From the NCBI GenBank assembly GCA_947496715.1, contig CANMDT010000004.1, forward strand, positions 2,703 through 66,702: DNA of 64,000 nt. The letters run 5' to 3'. Every line of letters begins with the position of its first letter. The first letter of the stretch is position 1. The stretch is from Myxococcales bacterium (GTDB lineage: Bacteria; Myxococcota_A; Bradymonadia; REDH01). A model generated the notes under the pieces. It was not told the DNA's origin, made no database searches, and saw only the letters and a program-made list of their open reading frames with translations. The translations under genes and the position numbers were made by a program. Shown here in pieces: positions 38,513 to 48,060 of the stretch.

Positions 38513-40573
38513 ATGCAGGCGATGACGATGGGGTCCCCCAATTTGCCCGGTCATGGGCGCGTTTCTACCAACCTCGCATGGCTCGTCGCCGGTCTGCTCC
38601 TGCTCGCGGGCTGTCGATCTTCGTCCGACACGGCAGCTCCCTCCGCTGCGCCAGCCGCGCAGCTCGTAGACCCCACCGCCCGCCCCATCGTTGTGGCACC
38701 ACTCCGCGGCGAGCGCCCTGACAGCTGGATCCGCTCGCTCCCCGAACGGCCGGCCATCGTCCTCGCGGTCGACCTCCGCTCGCTCATGGCTACCGTCATC
38801 GACGGCCCCTGGAACCTGCTCGGCCTCTCTCAGGACCGGTATGCCGGTGCTGTCGCAAAGTGGGTCGGCAAGTTCGACAGCCGCCCCGACCTGGCGAACG
38901 CCGTCAAGCAGCTCCGCTGGGAGGCCGCCTCGACCGTCGTCCTCGCCGCATGGGGCGCAGAGAAGGGCGGGGCAGAGAGCACACTCCTGCTCACCGAGCC
39001 CGCTGCGCTCGACCTCCCGCTCCGCGATGGCGGCCCGCCCGCTTCGCTCACCAACACCCGCTTCCGCGCAGCGCTGCGGGGCGGCCAACTCCTTGTCGGC
39101 GACGGCCCGGCCTTCGAGGCGGCGCTTGCAGTGCATGCCGGTTTCAACCCCGAGGCACGCTGGCCCGAGGGCTGGGCCAAGCTCCCCGCAAAGGCCTTCG
39201 CCACCCTCTGGCTCGACCCCTCCGTCCCCGCACCCAAGTCCCTCGCCGAGCTCCAGAAGGGCCACCAGCTCATCGCCGCCGGCCTCTCCTCCGACGGCAG
39301 CGCGATCCTTCTCCACAGCGCACAGCAGCCCTGGCTTGCACCCGCAACAGCCCGCGGCTTTGAGATGGGGCGTTCGCTCATCGAGTCACAGCGGGTCGAC
39401 GCGACGCCTACCAGCAAGCCCCTCTGGGACTACGCCGACCTCCTCCATCGGGCCATCTGGTCACGCGTCGCGCTCTCCACCGACGGCGGCGTAGAGCAGC
39501 TCCGACTCCTCCCGCCAGCCTGCGGAAATGCCGCAAACAACCTCACCATCGCGGCCATCGTCGCCACCCTCATTCAGCGCTCCTCGCTCGGACCGCTCCC
39601 CGCCGGCCCCTTCGTTACCCCGACTGTCCGACTGCAGGACGACTGCTCCGGCATCGCCGGGCCTGCACCCCGCCTGCCCCGCTCGCTCGTCTCGCTCGCC
39701 TCCGCAGAGACAAAGGGCGGCGCCCTCTTCCTCCTCGCCGACAGTGGCGCGCTGCTTCGAGCTCACCTTCCCAGCCTCTTCGGTCTGCTCCCATTCACCC
39801 TCCACACCGACGAACTCACCCATGCGCTTGGCGCCAACCCCTTCGGCCTCCGCGGCTGGGGCGACAGCGAGGGCTCCGGCGCTTTTTTCATCGAGCAGGC
39901 CACAAATGCCAGCGTCGCCGTTCTCCACCCGGGCGCGGCCGAGCTCCCCTGGGTCAAGTCGCTGACGGCCGGCCTCGACACTGCCACCGACAAGCGTCGC
40001 GGCTGGATTGCAGCCCGCGGCGAACCCTCCATCGCAACGCGGCTCGCAGCCCCGCCCTCGCCGGCCAGCAGCTGGAGCCGCGGCGCTACGCTGCCGCCCG
40101 CCGACGCCCTCCTCGCGCTCATGCTCAACCGCACCTACCTCGCCGCCATCGTCTCCTACGCGGCCCGCCCCGACCTGCAGCAGGCCCTCGCCCGCGCGGA
40201 GGTCGTCGCCTTCTCGCTCCGCGCCGACCTCTCGCCCGTGCTCTCGGTCTGGCTCCCCACGGGCGCAGCCGACGCAGCTTCGCTCCTCCATGACGCCGTC
40301 CAGGAGGGCGTCGCCAAGGCCACGCACAGCGCCGACGAGGAGGGCTCTGCAGGCGCCACCGTCGCCGACGCCCTCAAGCTCGTCACGGTAGAGGCGCTCG
40401 ACGACCACCGCCTCCAGCTCTCGCTCTCGCGCGGAGGCCCCTTCGTCATGGCGGCGGCTGCCATGCTCGCAGCTCCCATCGTCGCAGAGGTCTACGGCCT
40501 GGCAGGCCGCATCAGCGCAGCGGCGGTCGCGCCCAAGGCCGCAAAGCCTCCGGCACCGCCTACCCGCCCCTAG
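38513..40573 (+). CDS. Ala-rich lipoprotein of unknown function
   Basis: Lipobox LLLAGC after ATG 38513 (track start 38357 would overlap aat). High GC3. Confidence 0.6.
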   Translation: MQAMTMGSPNLPGHGRVSTNLAWLVAGLLLLAGCRSSSDTAAPSAAPAAQLVDPTARPIVVAPLRGERPDSWIRSLPERPAIVLAVDLRSLMATVIDGPWNLLGLSQDRYAGAVAKWVGKFDSRPDLANAVKQLRWEAASTVVLAAWGAEKGGAESTLLLTEPAALDLPLRDGGPPASLTNTRFRAALRGGQLLVGDGPAFEAALAVHAGFNPEARWPEGWAKLPAKAFATLWLDPSVPAPKSLAELQKGHQLIAAGLSSDGSAILLHSAQQPWLAPATARGFEMGRSLIESQRVDATPTSKPLWDYADLLHRAIWSRVALSTDGGVEQLRLLPPACGNAANNLTIAAIVATLIQRSSLGPLPAGPFVTPTVRLQDDCSGIAGPAPRLPRSLVSLASAETKGGALFLLADSGALLRAHLPSLFGLLPFTLHTDELTHALGANPFGLRGWGDSEGSGAFFIEQATNASVAVLHPGAAELPWVKSLTAGLDTATDKRRGWIAARGEPSIATRLAAPPSPASSWSRGATLPPADALLALMLNRTYLAAIVSYAARPDLQQALARAEVVAFSLRADLSPVLSVWLPTGAADAASLLHDAVQEGVAKATHSADEEGSAGATVADALKLVTVEALDDHRLQLSLSRGGPFVMAAAAMLAAPIVAEVYGLAGRISAAAVAPKAAKPPAPPTRP

Positions 40574-41910
40574 TTGCCCGAACCGGAACCCTCGCCGCAG
40601 TCTTCAGGCGGCGCCGGGATCTGCTCGGCATCGTTGCAGGCATCGGCGAGGAAGGTGGCCGAGAGGAAGTCGGTCGCCCGCTGGAAGGCAAAGGTCGAGG
40701 GCGCCAGGCTCAGACTGATGGGCTCGCTCGCCTGGCCGGTCACGTTGCCGCAGGCAAAGTTGCTGTCGCGGAAGCTGGCATCCACAAAGTTGATGTCGGC
40801 GAGGATGTCGCGGCCCGTGAGTGAGTTGGCCTCGCCCACGATGCGCAGCCCGGCAACCGTGAGGTTGAAGCTTCGGTCGTCGCCGATGGTCACGCCGGTC
40901 ACCACGATGGCCGCGCCAACGGGCTCCCGCGCCCCGGTCGGCCGCGGGGTGCGGCTGCCGTCGTCGGCGATGATGTCGTCGGTCGCCAGCGGCTGGAAGG
41001 TGAAGGAGTAGTTGCCCGAGCCGTCGGCCGCGACCTCGGTGGAGATCAGCAGCGGGTGTTCATCGCGACGATCGAGCGGAAACACATTCACGCCGAGCAG
41101 GTAGGTGCCAACCGCCTCGAAGGGGGCGGGCGTGCAGCCCTCGCAAATCTCCGCCGGAGCCGGAATCTCTGCTGCGTCGTTGCAGTTGTCGGCCAGGAAG
41201 GTGGCAGAGAGGAAGTCTGTCGTCCGCTGGAAGGCGAAGGTCGAGGGCGCGAGGCTCAGGCTGATGGGCTCGCTGGCCTGTCCGGTCACATCGCCACAGG
41301 CGAAGTTGCTGTCGCGGAAGGTAGCATTGACGAAGTTGATGTCGGCAAGGATGTCGCGGCCGGTGAGCGAGTTGGCCTCGCCCACGACGCGCAGCCCGGC
41401 AACCGTGAGGTTGAAGCTCCGGTCGTCGCCGATGGTCACGCCAGATACCACGATGGCGGTACCAACGGGCGCGCGGGCGCCGGTCGTCCGCGGCGAGCGG
41501 CTGCCGTCGTCGGCGATGATGTCGTCGGTGGCCAGCGGCTGGAAGGTGAAGGTGTAGGAGCCCGAGCCGTCCGCTTCGATCTCTGTCGAGATAAGAAGCG
41601 GATGTTCGTCGCGACGGTCGAGCGGGAAGACATTCACGCCCAGCAGGTAGGTGCCGACGGGATCGAAGGGAGCCGGCGTGCAGGTCACGCCGCTGCCCGA
41701 GCCCGAGCCCGTATCGGCGCCCGTGTCGATGGTCGTATCGCCGTTGCCGCTGTCCTGCGCCGCGTCGGCTGCCGCCGCAGCACGGGCCTCATCGAACTCC
41801 CCAAGCCGCCCCTCAGGGTCGGGCGTCGTACAGCCGGTGAGCGCGCTCACGACGGAGAGCAGCAGCGCAAAGAGGGAAGGAGTCAAAGCAGTCGCAACGC
41901 GCAGATTCAT
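40570..41910 (-). CDS. lipoprotein containing two ~93%-identical 177-aa domains (recent internal tandem duplication)
   Basis: Lipobox SALTGC (ATG 41910). Two copies of CTPAPF..VGTYLLGVNVFPLDRRDEHPLLISTE…FACG.VTGQASEPISLSLAPSTFAFQR.TDFLSATFLAD.CNDA. Confidence 0.7.
   Translation of the reverse strand: MNLRVATALTPSLFALLLSVVSALTGCTTPDPEGRLGEFDEARAAAAADAAQDSGNGDTTIDTGADTGSGSGSGVTCTPAPFDPVGTYLLGVNVFPLDRRDEHPLLISTEIEADGSGSYTFTFQPLATDDIIADDGSRSPRTTGARAPVGTAIVVSGVTIGDDRSFNLTVAGLRVVGEANSLTGRDILADINFVNATFRDSNFACGDVTGQASEPISLSLAPSTFAFQRTTDFLSATFLADNCNDAAEIPAPAEICEGCTPAPFEAVGTYLLGVNVFPLDRRDEHPLLISTEVAADGSGNYSFTFQPLATDDIIADDGSRTPRPTGAREPVGAAIVVTGVTIGDDRSFNLTVAGLRIVGEANSLTGRDILADINFVDASFRDSNFACGNVTGQASEPISLSLAPSTFAFQRATDFLSATFLADACNDAEQIPAPPEDCGEGSGSGN
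40590..41655 (-). repeat. 531-bp direct tandem duplication (2 copies, ~90% nt identity) inside lipoprotein gene
   Basis: Track ORFs 40574..41011 and 41105..41557 translate to near-identical peptides. Real-frame protein shows two 177-aa copies. Confidence 0.8.
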
Positions 41911-42010
41911 GGCATGCCTCGGCGGCGGGTGTATCGCGCTGCATCGCACAGTTCTTGACGAACTGCAAAACAACGCGGAAGGTTCGACCGCTCTTGGAGA
42001 CTCCCGCAAC

Positions 42011-42027
42011 GGGTCTCTGCGAGACCC
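42011..42027 (+). promoter_or_regulatory. perfect 17-bp palindrome GGGTCTCtgcGAGACCC in the divergent intergenic region, 20 nt upstream of FadL-like start
   Basis: Read directly. Same 7+3+7 geometry as the 24103 hairpin. Confidence 0.4.
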
Positions 42028-42046
42028 TCTGTCGCTACGGAACCAC

Positions 42047-43513
42047 ATGACGAACTCCGTCCTCTCTCGCACCCTGGCCTCTATCTCGCTCCTCGGCCTC
42101 GCCGCAGTGGCGCTCCCGCAAACCGCCAGCGCGAGCGGCTTCGCAGTGGCCCGTTTCGGCGGCGCCCACGGCAACCCCGTCGATAGCCACCCCGCCTCCA
42201 TCTACTACAACCCCGCAGGCCTTCTCGGGCAGGCTGGCCAGCGCTATTACCTCGACGTCACCTGGGCCCAGCGCAACGCCACCTACGAGCGCGACCTCGA
42301 CGGCACGGTTCAAGACAATATCCGTGCCGACGACCCCGCGCTCTTGGCCGCCAACGGCGGCACCGGCACCCTCTCCAACCAGGTCATCTCGCCCATGTTC
42401 GGCGCGAGCGGCAACATCAACCCCAACTTCGCCTGGGGCGCCGGCTTCTTCGTCCCGTTCGGTGGTGCCGCCGCCTGGGACAAGGTCGACGCCAACGCCC
42501 CCAACCCCTACCCCGGCGCCATCGACGGCCCGCAGCGCTGGTTCACCATCGACGGCACCCTCAAGACCATCGGTGTCGCTGTCGGCGGCGCCCAGCGCTT
42601 GCCCGCCGCCCACCTCACGCTCGGCCTCTCCGCCAACCTCTACCAGACCTCCATCGACACCCTCCGCGCCCGCGTCTCGGCCAACACGGACGACGTCTAC
42701 AACGAGGGCCGAAGCCGCATCGACGCCAAGGGCATCGACTGGGGTATCGGCGCAGGCCTCATCTGGGAGCCCCGCCCGAACGACCTCTGGGTCGGCCTCA
42801 GCTACCAGTCACGCCCCAACCTCAACGGCGAGATGGTCCTCAACGGCGAGCTCACCAACGTGTTTGGCGACGAGCCCGAGGTGAACAAGGTCATCCTCAC
42901 ATCGACGCTCCCCGACGTCATCCGGCTCGGATTCAAGAAGCGGATCAACGGTCGCGACGAACTCCGCCTCTTCGGCGACTTCACCCGCTGGAGCACCTTC
43001 GACCAGCAGTGCCTGGTCAACGAAGATGTCCTCGATGGCGCCGACCCCTTCAAGTTCTGCGCCACCAACCCTGACGGCTCGGCTGTCAACCCGGCGAACG
43101 AGCCACGGATCGCCGTCAACCTCTTCCGCCGATGGGAAGATGCATGGGGCGTCCGCTCGGGCTACTCCCACTACCTTGCTGACGGCACCGAGCTCTTCGC
43201 CGACCTCGGCTACGATGCCAACGCCGTCCCCGATACCGCCCTCGAGCCCTCGCTCATGGACATGGACAAGGTCAGCGCCGGCCTAGGCGCCACCTTCGCC
43301 CTCATGCCCACGCTCGACATCTCGGTCTCCGCCAACAACATCTTCTACGCCGACCGCTCCACCAAGGCGTCGGACTTCGACGCTCCCACCGACCCGAGCA
43401 AGAGCCCCAATCCCGCGGGCGACTTCGCCCAGAACGTCTTCTTCATCAACGTGGGCCTGCTCTACCACACGGCCCCGACGGTCGCAGCGGCCGTGACGGC
43501 AGAAGACCTCTAA
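42047..43513 (+). CDS. outer-membrane beta-barrel transporter, FadL/OmpP1/TodX-like
   Basis: Signal peptide …ALPQTASA/SGFAVARFGGAHGNP…SIYYNPAGL typical of the family. C-terminal aromatic-rich beta strands. Confidence 0.7.
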   Translation: MTNSVLSRTLASISLLGLAAVALPQTASASGFAVARFGGAHGNPVDSHPASIYYNPAGLLGQAGQRYYLDVTWAQRNATYERDLDGTVQDNIRADDPALLAANGGTGTLSNQVISPMFGASGNINPNFAWGAGFFVPFGGAAAWDKVDANAPNPYPGAIDGPQRWFTIDGTLKTIGVAVGGAQRLPAAHLTLGLSANLYQTSIDTLRARVSANTDDVYNEGRSRIDAKGIDWGIGAGLIWEPRPNDLWVGLSYQSRPNLNGEMVLNGELTNVFGDEPEVNKVILTSTLPDVIRLGFKKRINGRDELRLFGDFTRWSTFDQQCLVNEDVLDGADPFKFCATNPDGSAVNPANEPRIAVNLFRRWEDAWGVRSGYSHYLADGTELFADLGYDANAVPDTALEPSLMDMDKVSAGLGATFALMPTLDISVSANNIFYADRSTKASDFDAPTDPSKSPNPAGDFAQNVFFINVGLLYHTAPTVAAAVTAEDL

Positions 43514-43528
43514 GAGGCCCGCTCCGGG

Positions 43529-44503
43529 CTAGCGGCCCCGCGGAATCTGCTGCGGGTAGTGCACACCCGATTGACGCCAGCGCGCTGCCTCCGCCACCGG
43601 GATCGAGGCCTGGTCCCACGCCACCGCCGACCGGCCGCCAAAGCCCGTACGAATCCAAGGGCGGGCGCTGTCGAGAGACATGCCACGCCAGTGAAAGTGG
43701 CTCGCGGCATAAGGGTCGGGCACGCCAGCCTCCAGCCAGCGCGCGGCCTCCTCCGGGCCGATGCCGGCAAGGTACCACTGGCCAGCTGCATAGGGCGCGA
43801 ACCCGCGCGCCGTCCAGGCGGTTACTGCCTCGTCGCGGATGCCCGCCTCCTTGAAACCGAAGGCCTCCGAAGGCTCCAGCCGCAGATAGTCGAGGTCCAG
43901 AATTCGATGGCTGAAGGCCAGCGGAAGCAGCAGCGTCTCGTCCAGCAGCTGGCTCACAAAGGCCGCGGGGATCTCGTCGTGCCGCATGAACCAGTCCCAC
44001 AACTTCTGCGACCGAACCACGAGGTCTCGGTTGGCGCCCACGTGTGGCTGCCAACGCTGCACCACCTCTGGCGCGCGCACCCGCGCTCCGTACGACACCA
44101 ACCCCTGCACAAACAGGTCGCGCGACATCGCCTCATGGCTGGCAGCTGCAAGCCGGAAGGCCAGCGCCCCACGGTCCCGCATCAGGTTCTCGCGCGACGA
44201 CTTGCTCGACACCTCGCGAAGGCTCCACACCAGGTGGCCCCGGTGCGTGTTGAGCATGGCCTCTGCGAGCTGAACATCGGCCTCGCTCGCCTGCTCTCCA
44301 GCGAGCCAGAAATCTCCCGACTCCCAGCGCTCCCGCCAGGCCGTCAGGTTCTCCACCGCCCTCCGGCACTGCGCCATCGTCGGGTTCAGCTCGCCCGTGG
44401 CGTCTGTGCTGCCCAGCAGCGTCAGGAGCGTCGTCATCCCCTGGTAACTCGACCAGAGCACATTCAGCAGCGCATGCGTTCGGTAGAGGGCGTCGGCAGT
44501 CAA
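43529..44503 (-). CDS. hypothetical cytoplasmic Trp/His-rich protein
   Basis: High GC3 throughout. TTG start at 44503 with GGTGA upstream (first ATG at 44437). No signal peptide. Confidence 0.5.
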   Translation of the reverse strand: MTADALYRTHALLNVLWSSYQGMTTLLTLLGSTDATGELNPTMAQCRRAVENLTAWRERWESGDFWLAGEQASEADVQLAEAMLNTHRGHLVWSLREVSSKSSRENLMRDRGALAFRLAAASHEAMSRDLFVQGLVSYGARVRAPEVVQRWQPHVGANRDLVVRSQKLWDWFMRHDEIPAAFVSQLLDETLLLPLAFSHRILDLDYLRLEPSEAFGFKEAGIRDEAVTAWTARGFAPYAAGQWYLAGIGPEEAARWLEAGVPDPYAASHFHWRGMSLDSARPWIRTGFGGRSAVAWDQASIPVAEAARWRQSGVHYPQQIPRGR

Positions 44504-44592
44504 AAAATCACCAAGATGGATAGCGGCAGAAGGCGCTCTCGATCTGCCCCGATTGGAGCATCCTCGTCAACTGAGATGCGGGCTTCCGGCAA

Positions 44593-46635
44593 CTAGGCCA
44601 CCGTCGGATGGATCGAGGTGCGGCTGTCGATTGCCGAAGCCTTGGAGCCGCCCCGCAGATTCACATGCAGCACCTCCGAGATGACGCCGGTGTCGTCGCC
44701 AAGCCCAAGATACTGATGCGCCGGTACCGAGTTCCGGAGCATGAAGCCGAACAACTTCAACCTGAGCGCGACCACTGGGCTCTTGCCCTTGTAGTGAAGG
44801 TGATCCTGGCCCACGAGGACCAGCCACCGCTTTGCGCTCCCCGGAAGGCGGAGTTTGTTCTTTTCCTTCCTCAACGCCAGCGCCTTCCGCACCGACGGGG
44901 TCTCCATATAGCCGTAGTGAAGCCGCAGCGCGACCACCGAGCCGAGCACTTCGTCGCGGCAGAACTCCACAAACTCCACCCGCTCGTCACGGACCACCAC
45001 GGGCCGCTTCTCCTGAACGACTGTCACGAAGATGATATGCCGCGGCGTGATCCCGAACCGCTGGTGAAACAACTTCAGCACTGCCGGTACGTGGTCATCC
45101 AAGCTGTCGATAGGCTTGCTGCTCATGACCACGACCGACCGCTTGCTCTGGACCCAATCGTTCTCTCGCCGCCGCATCATCATCTCCCGCACGGTCTCCG
45201 GCTCCAACTGCTCTTCGATGCCGGTAGCCACCTCCGCGCGGCCCCACTTCCAGGTGGTCATGACTGCGAACACGATGATGCCGAGCACACACGGAATCCA
45301 GCCCCCATCCGAGAACTTGAGACTCGCGGCCGTCAGCAGGACCAGATCGAGGAGAAGGAAGCTGCCGAACAAGGCAGTCGCTCGTGCGAGCGACCAACCC
45401 CAGATGGCTTGCGAGACCGCCCACATGCCCATGGAAGTGACAGCCATCACGCCGCAGACCGCAAAGCCATAGGCTGCTGCCAGCGAGCTGCTCGTCTGGA
45501 AGGTGATCGTGAGCAGAATGCAGCCCACCGCGAGTGCCCAGTTGACGGCCGGCAGGTAGACTTGGCCCATGTGTTCATCGCTCGTATGGGCAATCTTCAG
45601 GCGCGGAAACAGGCCCAGTGCGATGGCCTGCCGCGTCACGCTGAACGCGCCGGAGATGAGCGCCTGCGAGGCAATCACCGTGGCCATCGTCGCAAGTGCC
45701 ACCATCGGCAGCAAGAGGGCCTTCGGCACCATGCTGAAGAAGAGGCTGTTGTTTTGAACATCCAGACCGCTGTTGGCGATCGTGAGCCCACCGTGGAGCC
45801 AGGCCCCTTGGCCCAAGTAGACGAGAATCAGCGCCGGGAACGGTATCGCCAGCCATGCAAGTCGCGTCGCTCGCCTGCCGAAGTGACCGAGGTCGGCATA
45901 CAGCGCCTCGCACCCGGTGATTGCCAGGACGGCTGTCGAAAGCGCTACGAGCGACCCATGGATACCGCAGTCCATCAGGAAGCGAATGGCATTCAGCGGG
46001 TTCACTGCATGCAGAATGTAGGGGTCCTTCGAGATTCCATAAACGCCCAGCGCTGCGAGCGAGAGGAACCAAAGCAGCACTACCGGGCCGAACCAGACAC
46101 CAACTTTGCCCGTGCCCTTCGATTGAACTGCAAACAACCCAACGATGATGCCGACAGCAATGTAGACAACATAAGGTTCGGCAGCATTGGTCACAAACTT
46201 GAGGCCTTCGACGGCCGAAAGCACCGAGATCGCCGGCGTGATGATCCCTTCGCCGTACAAAAGACCGGCTGCCAGAACGAGCGCAAACTGAATGAAACGT
46301 CGGGTCTTTCGATTGTCGCCGCTCAGGAGCGCGTGAAGCGCAAAGCCACCTCCCTCTCCCTCGAAGTCGGCTCGAAGCACGAAGGTCACATACTTGAGTG
46401 ACACCACGAGAAAGAGGCCCCAGATGATCAAGCTGGTGGCTCCCATCACATTCTGCGGCGAGAGCGCCACACGATGCAGACCGAAGAACAACTCCGACAT
46501 CGTATAGAGCGGGCTCGTGCCGATATCGCCGAAGACGACGCCAAGCGCGCCTAGGCAGAGCCCGGCCAGCGCCTTGTTGCTCATGGCATGGGTTCCATGG
46601 CTGGTCTGCCCAGCGCCGCTTTCCTGTTCCGACAT
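44593..46635 (-). CDS. kup: KUP/HAK/KT family potassium uptake transporter
   Basis: GDIGTSPLY motif, 12 TM-type N-terminal domain plus cytoplasmic C-terminal domain. Start at ATG 46635 or 46584. Confidence 0.9.
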   Translation of the reverse strand: MSEQESGAGQTSHGTHAMSNKALAGLCLGALGVVFGDIGTSPLYTMSELFFGLHRVALSPQNVMGATSLIIWGLFLVVSLKYVTFVLRADFEGEGGGFALHALLSGDNRKTRRFIQFALVLAAGLLYGEGIITPAISVLSAVEGLKFVTNAAEPYVVYIAVGIIVGLFAVQSKGTGKVGVWFGPVVLLWFLSLAALGVYGISKDPYILHAVNPLNAIRFLMDCGIHGSLVALSTAVLAITGCEALYADLGHFGRRATRLAWLAIPFPALILVYLGQGAWLHGGLTIANSGLDVQNNSLFFSMVPKALLLPMVALATMATVIASQALISGAFSVTRQAIALGLFPRLKIAHTSDEHMGQVYLPAVNWALAVGCILLTITFQTSSSLAAAYGFAVCGVMAVTSMGMWAVSQAIWGWSLARATALFGSFLLLDLVLLTAASLKFSDGGWIPCVLGIIVFAVMTTWKWGRAEVATGIEEQLEPETVREMMMRRRENDWVQSKRSVVVMSSKPIDSLDDHVPAVLKLFHQRFGITPRHIIFVTVVQEKRPVVVRDERVEFVEFCRDEVLGSVVALRLHYGYMETPSVRKALALRKEKNKLRLPGSAKRWLVLVGQDHLHYKGKSPVVALRLKLFGFMLRNSVPAHQYLGLGDDTGVISEVLHVNLRGGSKASAIDSRTSIHPTVA

Positions 46636-46816
46636 GTTGCTCTGGTAGAGAAAGTTACGTTTGCGCAGGCCGCCCCTTCGCGTCACTGCTCCCACAGGCT
46701 CACCTCCGCTTTGATTCGCGGGCGCCGAGCGTAGATCGCGGCTGCTAGCACCCGCTCTGCGCCGGAGCAAGCAGCCCCATCAGCGCCAGCCGCTGCCTCC
46801 CGCGACCACATCTGCA

Positions 46817-46844
46817 TTGACGCAACTTCCTCGCTTGGTATCAT
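46817..46844 (+). promoter_or_regulatory. sigma70-like promoter with extended -10 (TTGACG-N16-TGgTATCAT) upstream of FHA-DUF4388 gene
   Basis: TTGACG at 46817-22, TATCAT at 46839-44 preceded by TGg, ~48 nt upstream of ATG 46892. Confidence 0.45.
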
Positions 46845-46891
46845 CCGCAAGCCCTTCTGGGGCGACTGCCACCCACGCTTCGGGTCACGCA

Positions 46892-47857
46892 ATGGTCGAT
46901 TGGGTCCTTCGCTTCATCTCCGGCAAATACCAGGGCGGAGAGTTCCCTCTTGTGGAGGGAACCGAGTACTTCGTCGGGCGCAGCAGCGACTGCGCACTGG
47001 TGCTCGTCGAAGACATGATCTCCCGCCAGCACGCCAAATTCGTGGTCGGAGACGGCGGGGTCACGCTTGTCGATCTCGGCAGCACCAACGGCTCCTTTGT
47101 CAACGGTGAGCGGGTCAACTCCCAGCAACTCCGCGAAGGCGATCGCATCCTCTTTGGGACCTCGATCATCCGTCTCATCGCAGCCTCTGCCGCGAACGGA
47201 GTCGCGGTTCAGCAGCCCCGTCAGCAACAGTCCGCAACCCAGTCGACGCTCCTCGGCAGCAAGCCTGAAGAACTCACCTCGCCCCCGCAGCGGCCCGCCG
47301 GCGGAACCGTGAGCGGACTCATGTCCGGACTCCTCGAAGAGGTCTCGCTCTCCGACCTCCTCCAGCTCTTCTCCTCTGCCCGGAAGAGCGGCCTCCTGCG
47401 CATCCAGACCGATGACGACGGCGCCGCCATCTACCTGCGCGACGGTCGCGTCATCCACGCCGAGATCACCAGCCGCCCCGAACTCTCGGGCGAGCGTGCT
47501 GCCTACAGAGCCCTCACCTGGAGCCGCGGCACCTTCGTCCTCGAGCCGCCCGCGCAGCGCACCTTCGCCTCCGAGATGCAGATGAGCACCGAGGCGCTCA
47601 TGATGGAGGCCATGCGCCTCATGGATGAGCGCAACAACCTCGGCAGGGGAGCCCCCGCGCTCACAGACAGCCTCCTCCTCGCAAAGCCGCTCCGTGGCCG
47701 GCTTGCCGACCTCTCCGCAGACCAACTCGACCTGCTGCAGTCGGCACTCGAGGCCGATACCGTTGAGCACCTCATCATGCAGCTCGGCGGCGACGAGATC
47801 GAGACGCTCCAGCACCTCGGTCAGCTTATCACAGCCGGCTTCCTCGCCCGACGATAG
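46892..47857 (+). CDS. FHA-domain protein with C-terminal DUF4388-type domain
   Basis: FHA: …FPLVEGTEYFVGRSSDCALVL…ISRQHAKF…GSTNGSFVNGERV. DUF4388-like: LSDLLQLFSSARKSGLLRIQTDDDGAAIYLRDGRVIHAE. Confidence 0.75.
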   Translation: MVDWVLRFISGKYQGGEFPLVEGTEYFVGRSSDCALVLVEDMISRQHAKFVVGDGGVTLVDLGSTNGSFVNGERVNSQQLREGDRILFGTSIIRLIAASAANGVAVQQPRQQQSATQSTLLGSKPEELTSPPQRPAGGTVSGLMSGLLEEVSLSDLLQLFSSARKSGLLRIQTDDDGAAIYLRDGRVIHAEITSRPELSGERAAYRALTWSRGTFVLEPPAQRTFASEMQMSTEALMMEAMRLMDERNNLGRGAPALTDSLLLAKPLRGRLADLSADQLDLLQSALEADTVEHLIMQLGGDEIETLQHLGQLITAGFLARR

Positions 47858-48060
47858 CGCGCGGTCGACTTTCCCGAGTCCGCAACCACCTGCCACGCTA
47901 GCAGGCTGCTACGGCACGAGGCCTCTGACCTCGAGGCGCCGCGTTGCGTCAAGCGCAGCCCACACTTCTGCCTATCCCCGCCTCCGCAGCCTCGCTAGCC
48001 TGCCGCACGCAGCCCTTACGGCTCACGCTGCCATGCCGCGGCGCCGGCTCCGGAGCTCAG

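Noticed and set aside
43559-44596. 345-aa + strand Arg-rich ORF overlapping 43529..44503
   Set aside because: The minus-strand frame has far better GC3 and amino-acid composition
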